Origin: Octopus sinensis
Taxonomy: Eukaryota
Direction of reading: 5' to 3'
DNA length: 64,000 nt
NCBI RefSeq assembly: GCF_006345805.1
Contig: NC_042997.1
Location: 48,112,001-48,176,000, forward strand
A program made the translations under genes and the position numbers. The notes below the pieces were generated by a model. That model saw only the letters and a program-made list of their open reading frames with translations, had not been told where the DNA came from and ran no database searches. Numbering within the stretch: the first letter of the stretch is position 1; each line of letters starts with the position of its first letter. Shown here piece by piece: positions 12,786 through 25,026 of the stretch.

Positions 12786-13176
12786 TTTACTTTTTACTCT
12801 TTGTTTCAGTCATTTGACTGCGTCCATACTGGAGCATCGCCTTTATAGTCGGGCAAATCGACCCCAGAGCTTATTCTTTGTAAGTCTAGTACTTGTTCTA
12901 TCGGTGTATTTTGCCGAACCGCTAAGTTACGAGGACGTAAACACGCCAACATCGGTTGTCAAGCGACGTTAGGAGGACAAAGACACACAAAGACACACAC
13001 ATATATACATATATACATATCCGACGGACATCTTTCAGTTTCCGTCTACCAAATTCACTCACAAGGCATTGGTCGGCCCGAGGCTATAGTAGAAGACACT
13101 TGCCCAAGGTGCCCCGCAGTGGGACTGAACCCGGAACCGGGTGGTTGGTAAGTAAGCTACTTACCACACAGCCACT
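12786..13176 (-). mobile_element. SINE family A
   Basis: Full body and tail alignable to 3452-3851; its 3' tail is locally duplicated at 12633-12706. Confidence 0.85.
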
Positions 13177-13278
13177 ATGTACACATACAAATATATAAAA
13201 ATATATTTGTATGTGTACATACATACATACATACATACATACATACATACATACATACATACATACATACATACATAC

Positions 13279-13740
13279 ATAGGCATACGTGTGGTTATGT
13301 AGTAAGAACCTTGCCTCCCCTCCGCATATCACATGGTTCCGGGTTCGATCATATTGCGTGGGGCCTCGGGCAATTGTCTTCTATTAAGGACGACCAAAGC
13401 CTTATGAATGGATTTGGAACACGGAAAATGATAGAAGCCTGCTATACATATCTATTTGTGTGTGTGTATGTGTGTTGTGTGTGTGTTTGTGTGCGTGTGA
13501 ATGTGTTCGTGCGCTTGCGTATGTCTGTGTCTGAATTTATCCCCTAACACCGCTCGAGTCCCTCTTTTGGTTTGTTTACGTCCACGTAACCTAGCAATTT
13601 GGCATATGAGATCCGATAGAATAAGTACTAAGATTTTAAAAAAAGTATTAGGGTCTACTCATTCGACTAAAAGAATTCTTCAAGGTAGTAGCACAGCATG
13701 TCCGCAGTCTAATGACAGATCAAGTAAGAGATAAAAGATG
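13279..13740 (+). mobile_element. SINE family A, older diverged subfamily
   Basis: Head ATAGGCATACGTGTGGTTATGTAGTAAG...GGGTTCGATC; tail CAGCATGTCCGCAGTCTAATGACAG...AAGAGATAAAAGAT. Confidence 0.75.
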
Positions 13741-13882
13741 TATTTGTTTGTGTATACACACACACACGCATAATATATATACATGTATATATATATATAT
13801 ATATATTTGTTTATTAAATTATTGTATGACTGAGCGCCATCGCGTCGTTTCGTTTCTTTCTTTTCTTTTCTCCAAGTAAGTT

Positions 13883-13946
<64 letters not shown>

Positions 13947-14083
13947 AAAAAATATATACAAAAATACAAAATGGGACAAGAACGCAAAACATTCAAATAG
14001 ACGACACAAAAGAAACGGACGGGTCATTCGAAGCCTCTAATCTTCAGTCAAGAACCGGATCATCCTCGCAATTTCGGCTGATT

Positions 14084-14149
<66 letters not shown>

Positions 14150-14217
14150 GTATATATGTATGTATCTTCCTCTCTATCTGTCTTTGTTTTTGTTTCCCTA
14201 TAAATTTCAACTATATA

Positions 14218-14339
14218 CGAGGAGTGTAATGAAAAGTTTTGAGCTTTCAAGGCCTTTGAGCCTTGAAGTATTGTACCTTCATCACAAGTCTTGTACCAGG
14301 TTCTTTTTTTGAGGCTCAAGACTTTTCATACACCCCTCG
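14218..14339. mobile_element. Mariner-type MITE (about 122 bp)
   Basis: TIRs CGAGGAGTGTAATGAAAAGTTTTGAGC and the reverse complement of the right end, CGAGGGGTGTATGAAAAGTCTTGAGC; TA dinucleotides at 14216-17 and 14340-41. Confidence 0.8.
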
Positions 14340-14367
14340 TATATATATATAATATATATATATATTA

Positions 14368-14413
<46 letters not shown>

Positions 14414-14945
14414 GTATGTACGCATGTATGTATGCATGTATGTATATATGTATCTATGTATGTATTTATGTATGTGTGTGTGAGAGAGTAGATGAAATAA
14501 CAAATTACTGCGAGTTGATTGAAATATGCATTTCGCATATGAAATTTACGCTAGAAACACCCAAAATGTTTCACATCCTGAAGATAGGCCAGTAAAGGTC
14601 TAGATATGACATTGGTGGATTGAGAAATATTATCTTGACAAAACACTCAGACAAACTTATATAATAAAGAGCATTGAATATTGTCGTGGTCTGAATACAA
14701 TACGCATTCTCATGCAAAAACATATTCAATATTCAAAGAATCACGCACGCAAATAGCGTACACATACACAGAAACAAATACAATATATATCACTTCATAT
14801 ATTGTACATAACTCAGATGTTGTGTAGAAAGCCCTGCAAATGCGGTATTCGATTTGAGAAATTTTGGTTTCGAGGTAAAATGTTAAAAAGCACAGATATA
14901 TCAGTAGCAGACGAAACGTATCTGATAGCGATGGTGGAAATACTA

Positions 14946-15168
14946 TTGGGTTGTCCGGAAAGTTCGTGCCGATTTATAGTCGCTTACCTTTCGACTTATT
15001 TTAGAACATGGTTGAATCCATAAAATAGAATTTGACTGCACCTTCATTTAGAGCAAAGTTTAAGCTATCTTTTCGTGAAGAATGTTTATGTTCCGGTAAC
15101 CTGTGTTAATTCTGTAACCCTTTAAAATGGAAGATAAGAAAGTTCATTTTCGACATTTGATACTTTGG
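14946..15168 (+). mobile_element. Mariner 5' fragment (left TIR + transposase N-terminus)
   Basis: TA then TTGGGTTGTCCGGAAAGTTCGTGCCGATTT; ATG at 15127 encodes MEDKKVHFRHLILW, a typical mariner N-terminus, then truncated. Confidence 0.75.
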
Positions 15169-15269
15169 AACCCATAATAGCAATGGCTATCTAGCCCAGA
15201 CTTGTCTCTGGAATATGTCAGTTGGGTGGGAAGAGTCTGTGAGGCACTGAACTATCTTTAAAAGACTTA

Positions 15270-15500
15270 AAATTTTAGCTTGTACAATCACCGTTCAGGT
15301 GTCCATCCTGTGCCTGGCCGAGTAGTGGGCCGCTGCGTCGAGCACGAAAACTACAGATGCGAATCCAAGTGAAGCTGACTGGTCGTGCAATAATCTCAAG
15401 CACAACTATAAGTGGTATTTTGCATGGACAATGGCCAGTGATTGCCTTGCTCTGTCACGAGTGGGCAACCATCATCATCGTCATCATCGTCATCGTCACT
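15270..15500 (+). mobile_element. Possible RTE-type LINE 3' fragment
   Basis: GC-richer segment translating ...WPSSGPLRRARKLQMRIQVKLTGRA..., ending in a (CAT)n tail; only a loose resemblance to RTE C-termini. Confidence 0.3.
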
Positions 15501-15828
15501 ATGTATGTATATAAGTTTGTCAACCCAACGTGACGATTGTTTCATATACTGGGGTTGAACTGGCATCGGCCTTAAGTTGTCAGCGCCTGCAGAACATGGT
15601 TTACCATGAAGCTGCTTCATGTAATACAAATTTCCCTTATATAGCTATTTAAACAAATTGTTCTATCTAATTATATAATTCCCTAGACGCATGCAATTAA
15701 CATTGTTGCAATGTACTTGGGAAGCCGTTCTATGAAAAGGAACAGAAGCTTGTCCAATGAGCTGCACTCAATAAAAAAAATACACAGAGGTGCACAAGCA
15801 GGCTCACACTCACATACATGCACACACG

Positions 15829-15868
<40 letters not shown>

Positions 15869-16085
15869 CACTCATATTTATGCACCTCAGAGTGTAATAT
15901 GATGTGCCTTTGCTCTAAAATAATTGGTTATTCATTGTGTTTTACAAGTGTGTCTATATATATGTTCATTCCGGTGGTTCAGTCACTTTTTCTGACAATC
16001 ATCATATTATTCCTTATAATATAATTCCATTTTCACTACCATATATTTTGAGCTCGTTGCTCGAAATTTACCCTCCTTTTACGGC

Positions 16086-16153
<68 letters not shown>

Positions 16154-16157
<4 letters not shown>

Positions 16158-16450
16158 GAAAGAAAGAAGGATTAACGTTTCGAGTGGAGCTCTTCGTCAG
16201 AAACAGAAAACGGAAAGATCCAAGGAAGGGAAGACGGAGGAGAAAAAAATCGCCAACGATACATACGCGGCCACATATATATATATATATATATATATGT
16301 GGCCGCGTATGTATCGTTGGTGATTTTTTTCGAAGAGCTCCACTCGAAACGTTAAATCCTTCTTTCTTTCCTTTCCTGAGCATCCAATAACACTATACGT
16401 GTTCCATGTCCTCGCGTTGTGTTTTCTCTTTGTATTTTCATGTTTGGATT

Positions 16451-16452
<2 letters not shown>
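16154..16452. mobile_element. Head-to-head inverted pair of PLE-type termini
   Basis: Inner arms 16243-16278/16295-16330 around a (TA)n loop; outer arms 16154-16196/16331-16374; 46 nt (16197-16242) missing from the right arm. Confidence 0.7.
16169..16204 (-). ncRNA. Minimal type I hammerhead motif, weak stem I
   Basis: Minus: gttt CTGACGA A GAG ctcca CTC GAAA CG TT aatcc; palindromic AACGTT stem III. Confidence 0.55.
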
Positions 16453-16533
<81 letters not shown>

Positions 16534-17282
16534 CTTTATTGGGTTTGTTCATGTTTCTGTGAAATATTTTACTGCAGAGAAGGCTCGAGAGGCCTTCCCC
16601 ACGCTTGTTTTTCTTTTTTGCTAATTTGTTCAATATTTTTGACTTGTATTTTTTCATACACACCAATTCTATTTTTGTCGGTGAAAAACAATTCTCAAAT
16701 TTTAGTGAAGCGTTTTCACGACTCTATTGCAATCCTAGCGAAACACTTTCCAGTTTCGTAATTTTGCTAATGGCCTTCTGTAGAAGAATGAAAAAGAATA
16801 CATTTTGCCAATCATCTGTATCGTTTCTTTACAGATGGCTCTGCCAGAAATGAGTTCTCATCTTGGAGAACTTCTTTAAACTATATAGTCGGCATGTGCT
16901 TGTAGAAATACTATGATTTCTTTCTTGTACAATTTACTTTCAAGCTAATACCTTTTCACTCATTTTTAACTGCTTTAACATTCTAATACCAAATTCTTTT
17001 TAGCTGAGCTTTTGAACTTTCTTATCCTGCATCTTCCTTTCTACCTAAATTTTTTCTTATCAACCTCAGGTTAACTGAACAAGATTTGCTATCTTTATTT
17101 GCTATTACTATTTTTACTACCATTTCAATTTCTGTTTTGGTCGTAATCAGTTTTATTTCTTGTCTCTCATCTCTCTAGGATCTATAAAACAAGGCGTCAG
17201 TAATGTACTGGGATCGATTTCATTAACTGTACCCAAGACCAGATTTTATTGGCCTTGTATCCAAATCCGTCATGATTTTTAT

Positions 17283-17353
17283 TATTGTTGTTGTTGTTGT
17301 TGTTGTTGTAGTAGTAGAAGTAGTAGTAGTAGAAGTAGTAGTAGTAGTAGTAA

Positions 17354-17396
<43 letters not shown>

Positions 17397-17407
17397 TGTT
17401 GTTGTTA
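17283..17407. repeat. Compound (TTG)/(TAG) microsatellite
   Basis: Direct reading. Confidence 0.95.
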
Positions 17408-18245
17408 TTACTTGAAAAAAATGTTCCACAGCATTTCTTTCGAATGGCCCATTTGAGTTCAAGTACCTCCGAGGTGGACATTACCTTTCATGCTTTCGGG
17501 AACGATAAAATAACTATCAGTGAAGTAATAGACTGCCCTTTCCCTCAAAAACTGCTGGTTCTGCACCACAATTCGAAACCATTATTATTATTACTTGGCT
17601 AAAATGTTTCTCAGCATTTCTTTCTAATATCCATTTTGAGTTCAAATTTCGCTGAGGTCGAATTTACCTTTCACCCTCCGGGATCAATAAAGTAGGTACC
17701 GGTGAAATACTGGAGTCGCTGTCAACGAATTTCCCTCCCCTCAAAAACCGCTGGCCTTGTGCAAAAATTTAAAACATAAGGTGGTTGGCTGGCAGAATTG
17801 TTAGCACACCGGGCAAAATACTTGGCGGCATTTTGTCTGCCACTACATTCTGAGTTCAAGTTCAGCCAAGGTCACCCTTGCTTTTTATCCTTTCGGGGTT
17901 AATTAAATAAGTACCACTGGAGTTGAGGTCATCCACTTCATCCCACCCCACAAGCTGCTCTTGTGACAAAAACTTGAAATAAGGTGGTGAGCTGGCAGAA
18001 TCGTTCGCACTACGGCGCTACGTTTTGATTTCAAATTCCGCCGTGGTCTACTTCGCCTTTCATCTTTTCGAGGTCGATTAGCAAAGTAACACTAGAAAAC
18101 TGGGGTCAATGAAATCGACTAGTCTCTTCCCCCAAAGTTCCAGCCTTGTACCGTTAGAACAAAGAAGTATTATGGTAAGTATGGTGGAGAAAATAATCAG
18201 TGGCGTTTCTGCCAGATATTTGAATTTTAAGTTCAATTAACGCAA
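17408..18245 (+). mobile_element. Head-to-tail cluster of 4-5 SINE family B copies
   Basis: GA(G/T)TTCAA + CCTTTCA/TTTTAT..TTTCGGG body repeated at about 17455, 17638, 17851 and 18027, with a fragment near 18229; units about 180-210 bp and mutually diverged. Confidence 0.8.
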
Positions 18246-18463
18246 AGTTTAAAATAAGAATGTTTGTATGGTATGAAGAGAAGAACATTCTAAAATTTCA
18301 AGTAGAATCTTTCTCAAAAATGAATGGAATTTTGTATTGGTGTAATGTAAGGCATTTTCTTTTCTGATGCGTGACAATTCTACCAAGCAATCGGCTTCAA
18401 CAACTGCAAGAAAAATATGTGTCTGTGCGTGCACGCGTAATATATATACACACACACACACAC

Positions 18464-18599
<136 letters not shown>

Positions 18600-18735
18600 T
18601 CTTGATTAGAACTGCACGACAAACGGGAAAGTAAAACTCTGAGAAGCAGTATTTCGTGATGTTCTTGCAGCATATTACACTACCTCCGATATTCGAGTAC
18701 TATTTTTTCCACCTTATTTTGCATTTATGTGCTTA

Positions 18736-18769
<34 letters not shown>

Positions 18770-18823
18770 TGTGCGTGCATGCATGTATAAAATCAAAATA
18801 AGTAACAGGATGTCAAGTAGTAG

Positions 18824-18909
18824 TGCAATATGGCCGTTTCAAGCGGTTCCATTTAATTGAAGACTGCAAGCATTACATCAATTTAAATACAGCGCTATCT
18901 TCAGTTGCA
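18824..18909 (-). ncRNA. Type I hammerhead ribozyme with one stem III substitution
   Basis: Minus: TGCAA CTGAAGA tAGCG...CGCTt GAAA C GGCC A TA TTGCA; 5-bp stem I; G16.2 reads A at 18831 (CpG-type change), breaking the ACGGCCGT palindrome. Confidence 0.65.
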
Positions 18910-19957
18910 ATAAACATGGATTTTCAACAGACAAGACATATTAATATATTTTTTCGCAAATATTTCGTCAGAGCTAGAGGATGAAGGAGTTTCATGCTGT
19001 CACTATTGCCGCATGAATAATCTAAGAGAAGAACTACAATTTTAGAGTGGCATGGAACACATGAGGGTATAGGATTATAATCCATTTCTAATATTTTTTT
19101 TATCTACTTTCTTATCATCAGGAAAATACCCAAGGCTAGAATACTAAGTTTATTGAGAATAAAGACCACTGTGGGTTGACAGCTGCTCATAAATAGATAT
19201 TACTAGATGTTTCACCTATTCCTTAATGTCTTACTATTTCTTAATTCCTTATTACCATAAATACTCTTCATCACAAAAAGAAACAAACTTTGATTTTTTA
19301 CTGTCATAGCTACCCCTCGTCACAAAAAGATATAAACTTTAGGAGTCAACTGGATAGCAGTAAGTGCCCATAATAGAGGTAGGTAGGGGTGACATTAACT
19401 CTCGTCATTATTTTCAGTTAAAGGGACGTACGCTATGAAACTTAGGACACCATACTGTGATCTAGTAAAGCATTAAGAGCTCAGAGGGAAAAACTATATA
19501 ATCAAGGTATAGCAAAAGCCCGTGTAATATTATGTTGTATAACAATAAAAATAAAATTTAAAATGTTAAAATGTGTATTAGAACTATGTTAGATAAGAGG
19601 GATATACAGCTCAGTTTAAATATTATACATACATACATACACACACACATATATATATATATATATGTATATATATGATTGTATGCATGTGTGTATGTAT
19701 GTATTTGTATGCATAGCAACAGATGGAGTTGCTTACTAAGGCAGAGAAGAGAATGAAGTGAAGTGTAAGGGAGAAGGGAAAGATGGAGAGAAAGAAATCA
19801 AAGTGCATTATATGAATTACAAAAAATATATGACAAAAGGCGCTAATGAAAAAAAAAATGAGAGAGGAAAATATAGAAACACACCTGAAAATGAAAATAT
19901 GAGAAATAAACCAATAAAAGCACAACAAAAAAAGTAAGAATTGTTTAAAGAGAATAG

Positions 19958-20252
19958 TGATGATGATGATGATGATGATGATGATAATGATGATGATGAT
20001 GATGATGATGATGGTAGTGGTGATGATGCTGAAGAAAATTGCGATAAGGATGATGTTCATCATCCTGATCATAATTGTGTAGTTGATATTAGTCGTATTT
20101 GGCGTGGTCGAAATGAAATGAAAAACAACGTGATTGGATAAAGATATAACGGAATAGGAAGGACGAAAAAAAAACTACTACTACAGCTGCTGCGGCTGCT
20201 CCTCTCCTCATACTACTACTACTAATACTACTACTACTAATACTACTACTAC

Positions 20253-20302
<50 letters not shown>

Positions 20303-20380
20303 GTAGTAGTAGTAGCAGCATGTAATAGCTGTAGTAGTAATAGCAGCAAGTGATAGTAGCAGCAGCAGCAGCAGTAGTAA

Positions 20381-20436
<56 letters not shown>

Positions 20437-20462
20437 TAGTAGTAGTAATGCTGCTACTACTA
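19958..20462. repeat. Compound trinucleotide microsatellites (GAT, CTA, AAT, TAG, CAG)
   Basis: Direct reading. Confidence 0.95.
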
Positions 20463-22396
20463 AGACCTGCATCATCAGAAAAAAACTCTTCACGAAATGA
20501 AAATACATACGAAGAAAATGTTAGGAAATGAAGTAGAGTATAATCAACAACAATAAGATGAAGAATAAACGAAGCGAAAAAATAGAGTCATAGCATGGAA
20601 TAGGAAGAATGAGAAGAAAAAGAAATCGACTCTCATCAGCACCACTCACATTATCTCCATCATTGCTACCATTAACATCATAAGAAATATATAAAAAAAA
20701 AAAACACTTTCACCACAACCATCACAACAATCACTTCGAACGACAATGGCAAGAAGAACAACAATATATATCTAATTAACGTTCCCAGTGAAAGGAAATC
20801 CTAAGTTTTAGAGAGAAAAAAATCAGAAAGACTTAATTGTTATTACTACACTGCTGTTGTTTGTTCAAACCGTTTAAACGAATTTCGGTTTGTCTTTGCA
20901 CTCAGGCTGTTGCTAACTACATTTATTATTGTTGTTGTTTTCGCTATTATTCATATTATTTTTGCTTGTGTTCAGATCTTCCACCCCCGCTTTTTTTTTT
21001 ATAGTTGTTTGTAAAGTTGTAACCACCATTTTATTACTATTTTTGCTCCTTTTCGTGAATTAATAATTATCGCTGTTATTATTCATGGTGCCTTCTTTAC
21101 TCTCCGTTTGCGTGTGCCGCGGCTGTTTGTGTCATTACAAGGCTTCTATGATTCCCGTGTTGCTATGCTATTGTTGCCCTTTTGCTATTGGAGCCATTAT
21201 TGCTATGCTAAAATGCAATTTAATTAACTACACCGAAACAGTTGACTAAATTCTTTGTTGTGTTTAGATTTGGCTATCTATGTTTTCTAATTATAATTCC
21301 ATATCCAATCCGTCAGAATTGATAAAATACCAAACATATTATTTATTAAGTAAATCATGTCACACTTCGAGAACACTATTTACCTCTATAAAAAATAAAT
21401 TCTGATTGCTGGTATATTATTGTTACTGCATCCCTGAAGAGATTTCATAAGACAGGATTATATCAGATTTGTCACAGTGCTTCCTGAAGACCAAATTCAT
21501 TCTCACTGCAAGTCACCAGTCAATTTTTAATCAATTTAAATTTTGTTTTTTTTTCTATTTTCTTTCTTGCAAGAAGTTTCATTAACGATAATGAATTTTC
21601 TTTTCATTACATGGTGGGTGGTAATTTAAATTAATTAAAATTCTTTTCGTCTCTCTACATTAAGTAAGCCCGCACTTGATTAAAATATTTTGTGAATTTG
21701 ATGAAAACTTAGAACAGCACAGCACATACATGTTTCATAGTATTTGAATACAGCCTCTTATGATATCAAGTTCAAGTTTTAATAGGATCAACTTTAACTA
21801 GAACCAATAAGTTCTAAGATCGGTTAAATCAATTGATGCCTTCTTGTTACCAACTCTCTTCATGGACACAGAAAATACTTAATATTATAGTTGTTAACCT
21901 TTGTGGTTACGTTAACGTCACCCCTAAAATCCATACTTGGCGGTGTCGATTGATTAACAGACACCCAACCGAGAAATCGACAGTTGTTATCGTGTGTACA
22001 ATATATTTAAAGCAGAACGACTCATACGATAATAAAAATAAATATATTAAGCTAGAATGGTTAATACCTATAGACCATGATGTGTAACTTAAAGTTTGTG
22101 AGCGTTAAGTTACGCAAAAGGATAGAAAATCTTTTTGTAAGCGTGAAGTTTAATAGAGATGTTAAGTAGTTAACTGTACATACAAGAAATGTTCATTAAA
22201 TACTTCTCCTGGCCCACTTCTGGTTATTGCAGGAAACGGAGCTTGTAGAGATATAATTATAAATGTTTCTACATGTCACCTTGTAAATTGCAACTTCCCA
22301 CTAGTATTCGTTTGCCTTTTACGGCAGCTGAAGTGGACTAGGGTGTTGCAAAAGAGGCAGTTGGATGCAGATCAGTGATCAGGTTCTAATACTTGA

Positions 22397-22539
22397 AAGG
22401 TCGAAGTCAAGCATTGGCATCGCCAGTTCAAATGTGGTCAGACATCGGTGAAAACTACTCCTATTCTCGGATGATCACATTCTACCATAAAGACAACCAC
22501 ACCATCCATTAAGTGGAAGCCGCCGTTTTGGAGGATCGT
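22397..22539 (+). pseudogene. Mariner transposase N-terminal (HTH region) fragment
   Basis: Translates KVEVKHWHRQFKCGQTSVKTTPILG*, then EAAVLEDR after a frameshift; matches the mariner V..W...FK.G.TS....GRP pattern. Confidence 0.6.
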
Positions 22540-23390
22540 ATAACTCTATCAATGAAACATTCAGTGTTTCCAAAATGAAATATAATCCTGTTTACTTTAC
22601 TTCATTTTATATGTATTATTTTATTATTAACTTTTGTTCGAGTAAATTTTCATAATTTTCTGAGGATGTGAAATAAAATTTTCTGACTTACAAACCTCTT
22701 CTTACATGCATTAAGTAAAAGGATAAAAGAATCAGGTTCAAGGTACGACTGTAGCTTACATTTGGAGGCAAAGAGATCATTATTTGTAATCTTATTATGG
22801 CTTTTAACGATATAATATTATAGGTACTTAATTAAGGATAATGTTGATGATGATCCATCTATGTTCATCTTACTTTTTTCTTGGATTAGCGCATAAACCA
22901 CGAACACATCTAATGTATTTTTCCAGTGCTATAGTGAATGTTTAAGGGAGATTTAGTTGCTCTTTCTAGCATTTACAGCAACTCCATAAGGGTTAATGAT
23001 GTACAAATTCGAAGAGAAAATTTCTTAACGAAGATGAAGATCGCAAAGTATGTCATTGAATAGAGGATATGCAATCATTAGAGGCTGACTTTTTAGTGTT
23101 GTGACTCTGCGGCACTTTTCTTTTATGTCTATTTACTTGTTATAGTTTATGTGTCTACGATATGACAAAATCAATCGATTTGCAAAACTATTTTTTCTCA
23201 GATAGACAAAAAAAAAAAAAGAATTCCTTTATTGTTATGGGCATTCTCGGTGGCAGTGACGTCGTTTTATTCATTTTCGCTCATTAAAGATAATAAAGTA
23301 GAAAGAAGAAAAAATGTTTTCGTTAAGTACAAAAGTTGTAAAAGAATAACATTACAATATAAATAATGGCTACTTCTCTTTCTTTTTACA

Positions 23391-23434
<44 letters not shown>

Positions 23435-23450
23435 ACACACACACACACAC

Positions 23451-23483
<33 letters not shown>

Positions 23484-24643
23484 GTATATACATTTTTTAA
23501 AATTCGTTTAATCATATTTTTCTTTGTGGAAGTCGCAAAAGAAAACAATTCGAAGCACGGTTTTCTCCTGAAGTCGATCGTAGTTCCATGGTAGTAGCGG
23601 TGTTGGTCGTGATGGCGTTTCTGATAGTGTTGTTTGTTTTAACATCGCTCAATTATTTTATCTTTGAAAGCCGAGAGAACACACTGAAAAATCGTTTGCT
23701 ATAGAGAACCTAACCACTTTAATTGGTTTCTTCTATTTATCTTCGTCTTCTTTGTTCTAAGTGTCCTTTTATCATCTTCCTATCCATTGTGGCCTACTCA
23801 GATAAATTTGACGTTTGTGATGCAAATGGTTTCTATTATAGAAAATGATTTTTAGTTTACCTTTAACCCTTACGGAAATTCTGGAAATGCCGATAGCTGT
23901 TTCTAAGGATTTCGCTTCAGTGTATGAGGTAGCAATTATTCGTGTATTCAATACAAATCTGGTATTGCGATTATATAATTATACAGCCTACTCAGAACTA
24001 GTGAGAGATCACAGTTTAAGTCTCGTCTACAGGTGGCGAAAGCTGGCTAGATTGTTAAAACAGAACACAAATTGTGACGAAATGTACTAAACAGACACCC
24101 ATTAAATATTATCTGTTCCTGTTGTTTACTGTATTTCATCTAACCTTTCATACATATTTTTTTAATCTTCTCTTTCATCTTCTTCATCTTCTTCTTCTCC
24201 GTTCTGTTCCTTTAATCCTTTTGCTTCATCCTGTTTGTTAGTTATCTTTTCCCTTCAGTTGTTTTCTTCATTCTGATGGTTCTTCTCATATGTTTTCTTT
24301 ATCACTTTTATTAATATCAATATTTTATTTTTATAGCACATATATGGCAATAAACCTCGGTAAATAGTATAAACAATAAAATTTCCGAAAACTTGATTCA
24401 GTTATTATATTACATGTTATGTTCATAGATTTCACAATCGTCTGAGTATCACATCTTTCGATTATGCCACCCTCGTTTATCATCATTACTGACAACAAAT
24501 CCTTTTAATGTTCAGTTAAATCATTTAATATGATTTTATTTACAAATATAAATACTAAAGTATATTAAAGCAGAAATCTTCAATTGATTGAAATCAACGG
24601 TCGAAGAATACGCTTGTTTTATATGAATTAACTTAGTTAAAGA

Positions 24644-25026
24644 CTAGCAGTATCGCCCGGCGTTGCTCAGGTTTGTAAGGGAAATAACTATAAAGCATTT
24701 TTAGAGAGTTATAGCCAAAAAATAGCAAAAACATGGAAAAAAATGATGGTAAATTTTTTTGAGAGTTAAAAAAGTTGGAGTTGCGTCCCCTAGACAGTTT
24801 TTGGTTTGTGTTTCTGATTCTCGACCCCATGTCGAATTTATCGATTTTTTTCAGAACTGGGGGAACTTTTCAAAATTTTCGCTGCGTTAGTTTTGAATTA
24901 TGACATTGGGCTATGTGTGTGTCAAGTTTCATTAGAATCGGTTGAAAGCCGTGGTCAGGGTGAGGGTACAAGCAAACAGACACACAGAAACACGCACAGA
25001 CAAACTGCCGTTTATATAGAGAGAGA
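24644..25026 (-). mobile_element. Non-autonomous Helitron
   Basis: Minus strand starts TC(TCTCTCTATATAAA) and ends CCTGAGCAACGCCGGG hairpin + CGATACTG + CTAG; inserted between A and T with no TSD. Confidence 0.8.

Noticed and set aside
17408-18245. Regularly spaced repeats as a CRISPR-like array
   Set aside because: Units are about 200-bp diverged SINE copies with no short identical repeats or unique spacers; the context is eukaryotic.
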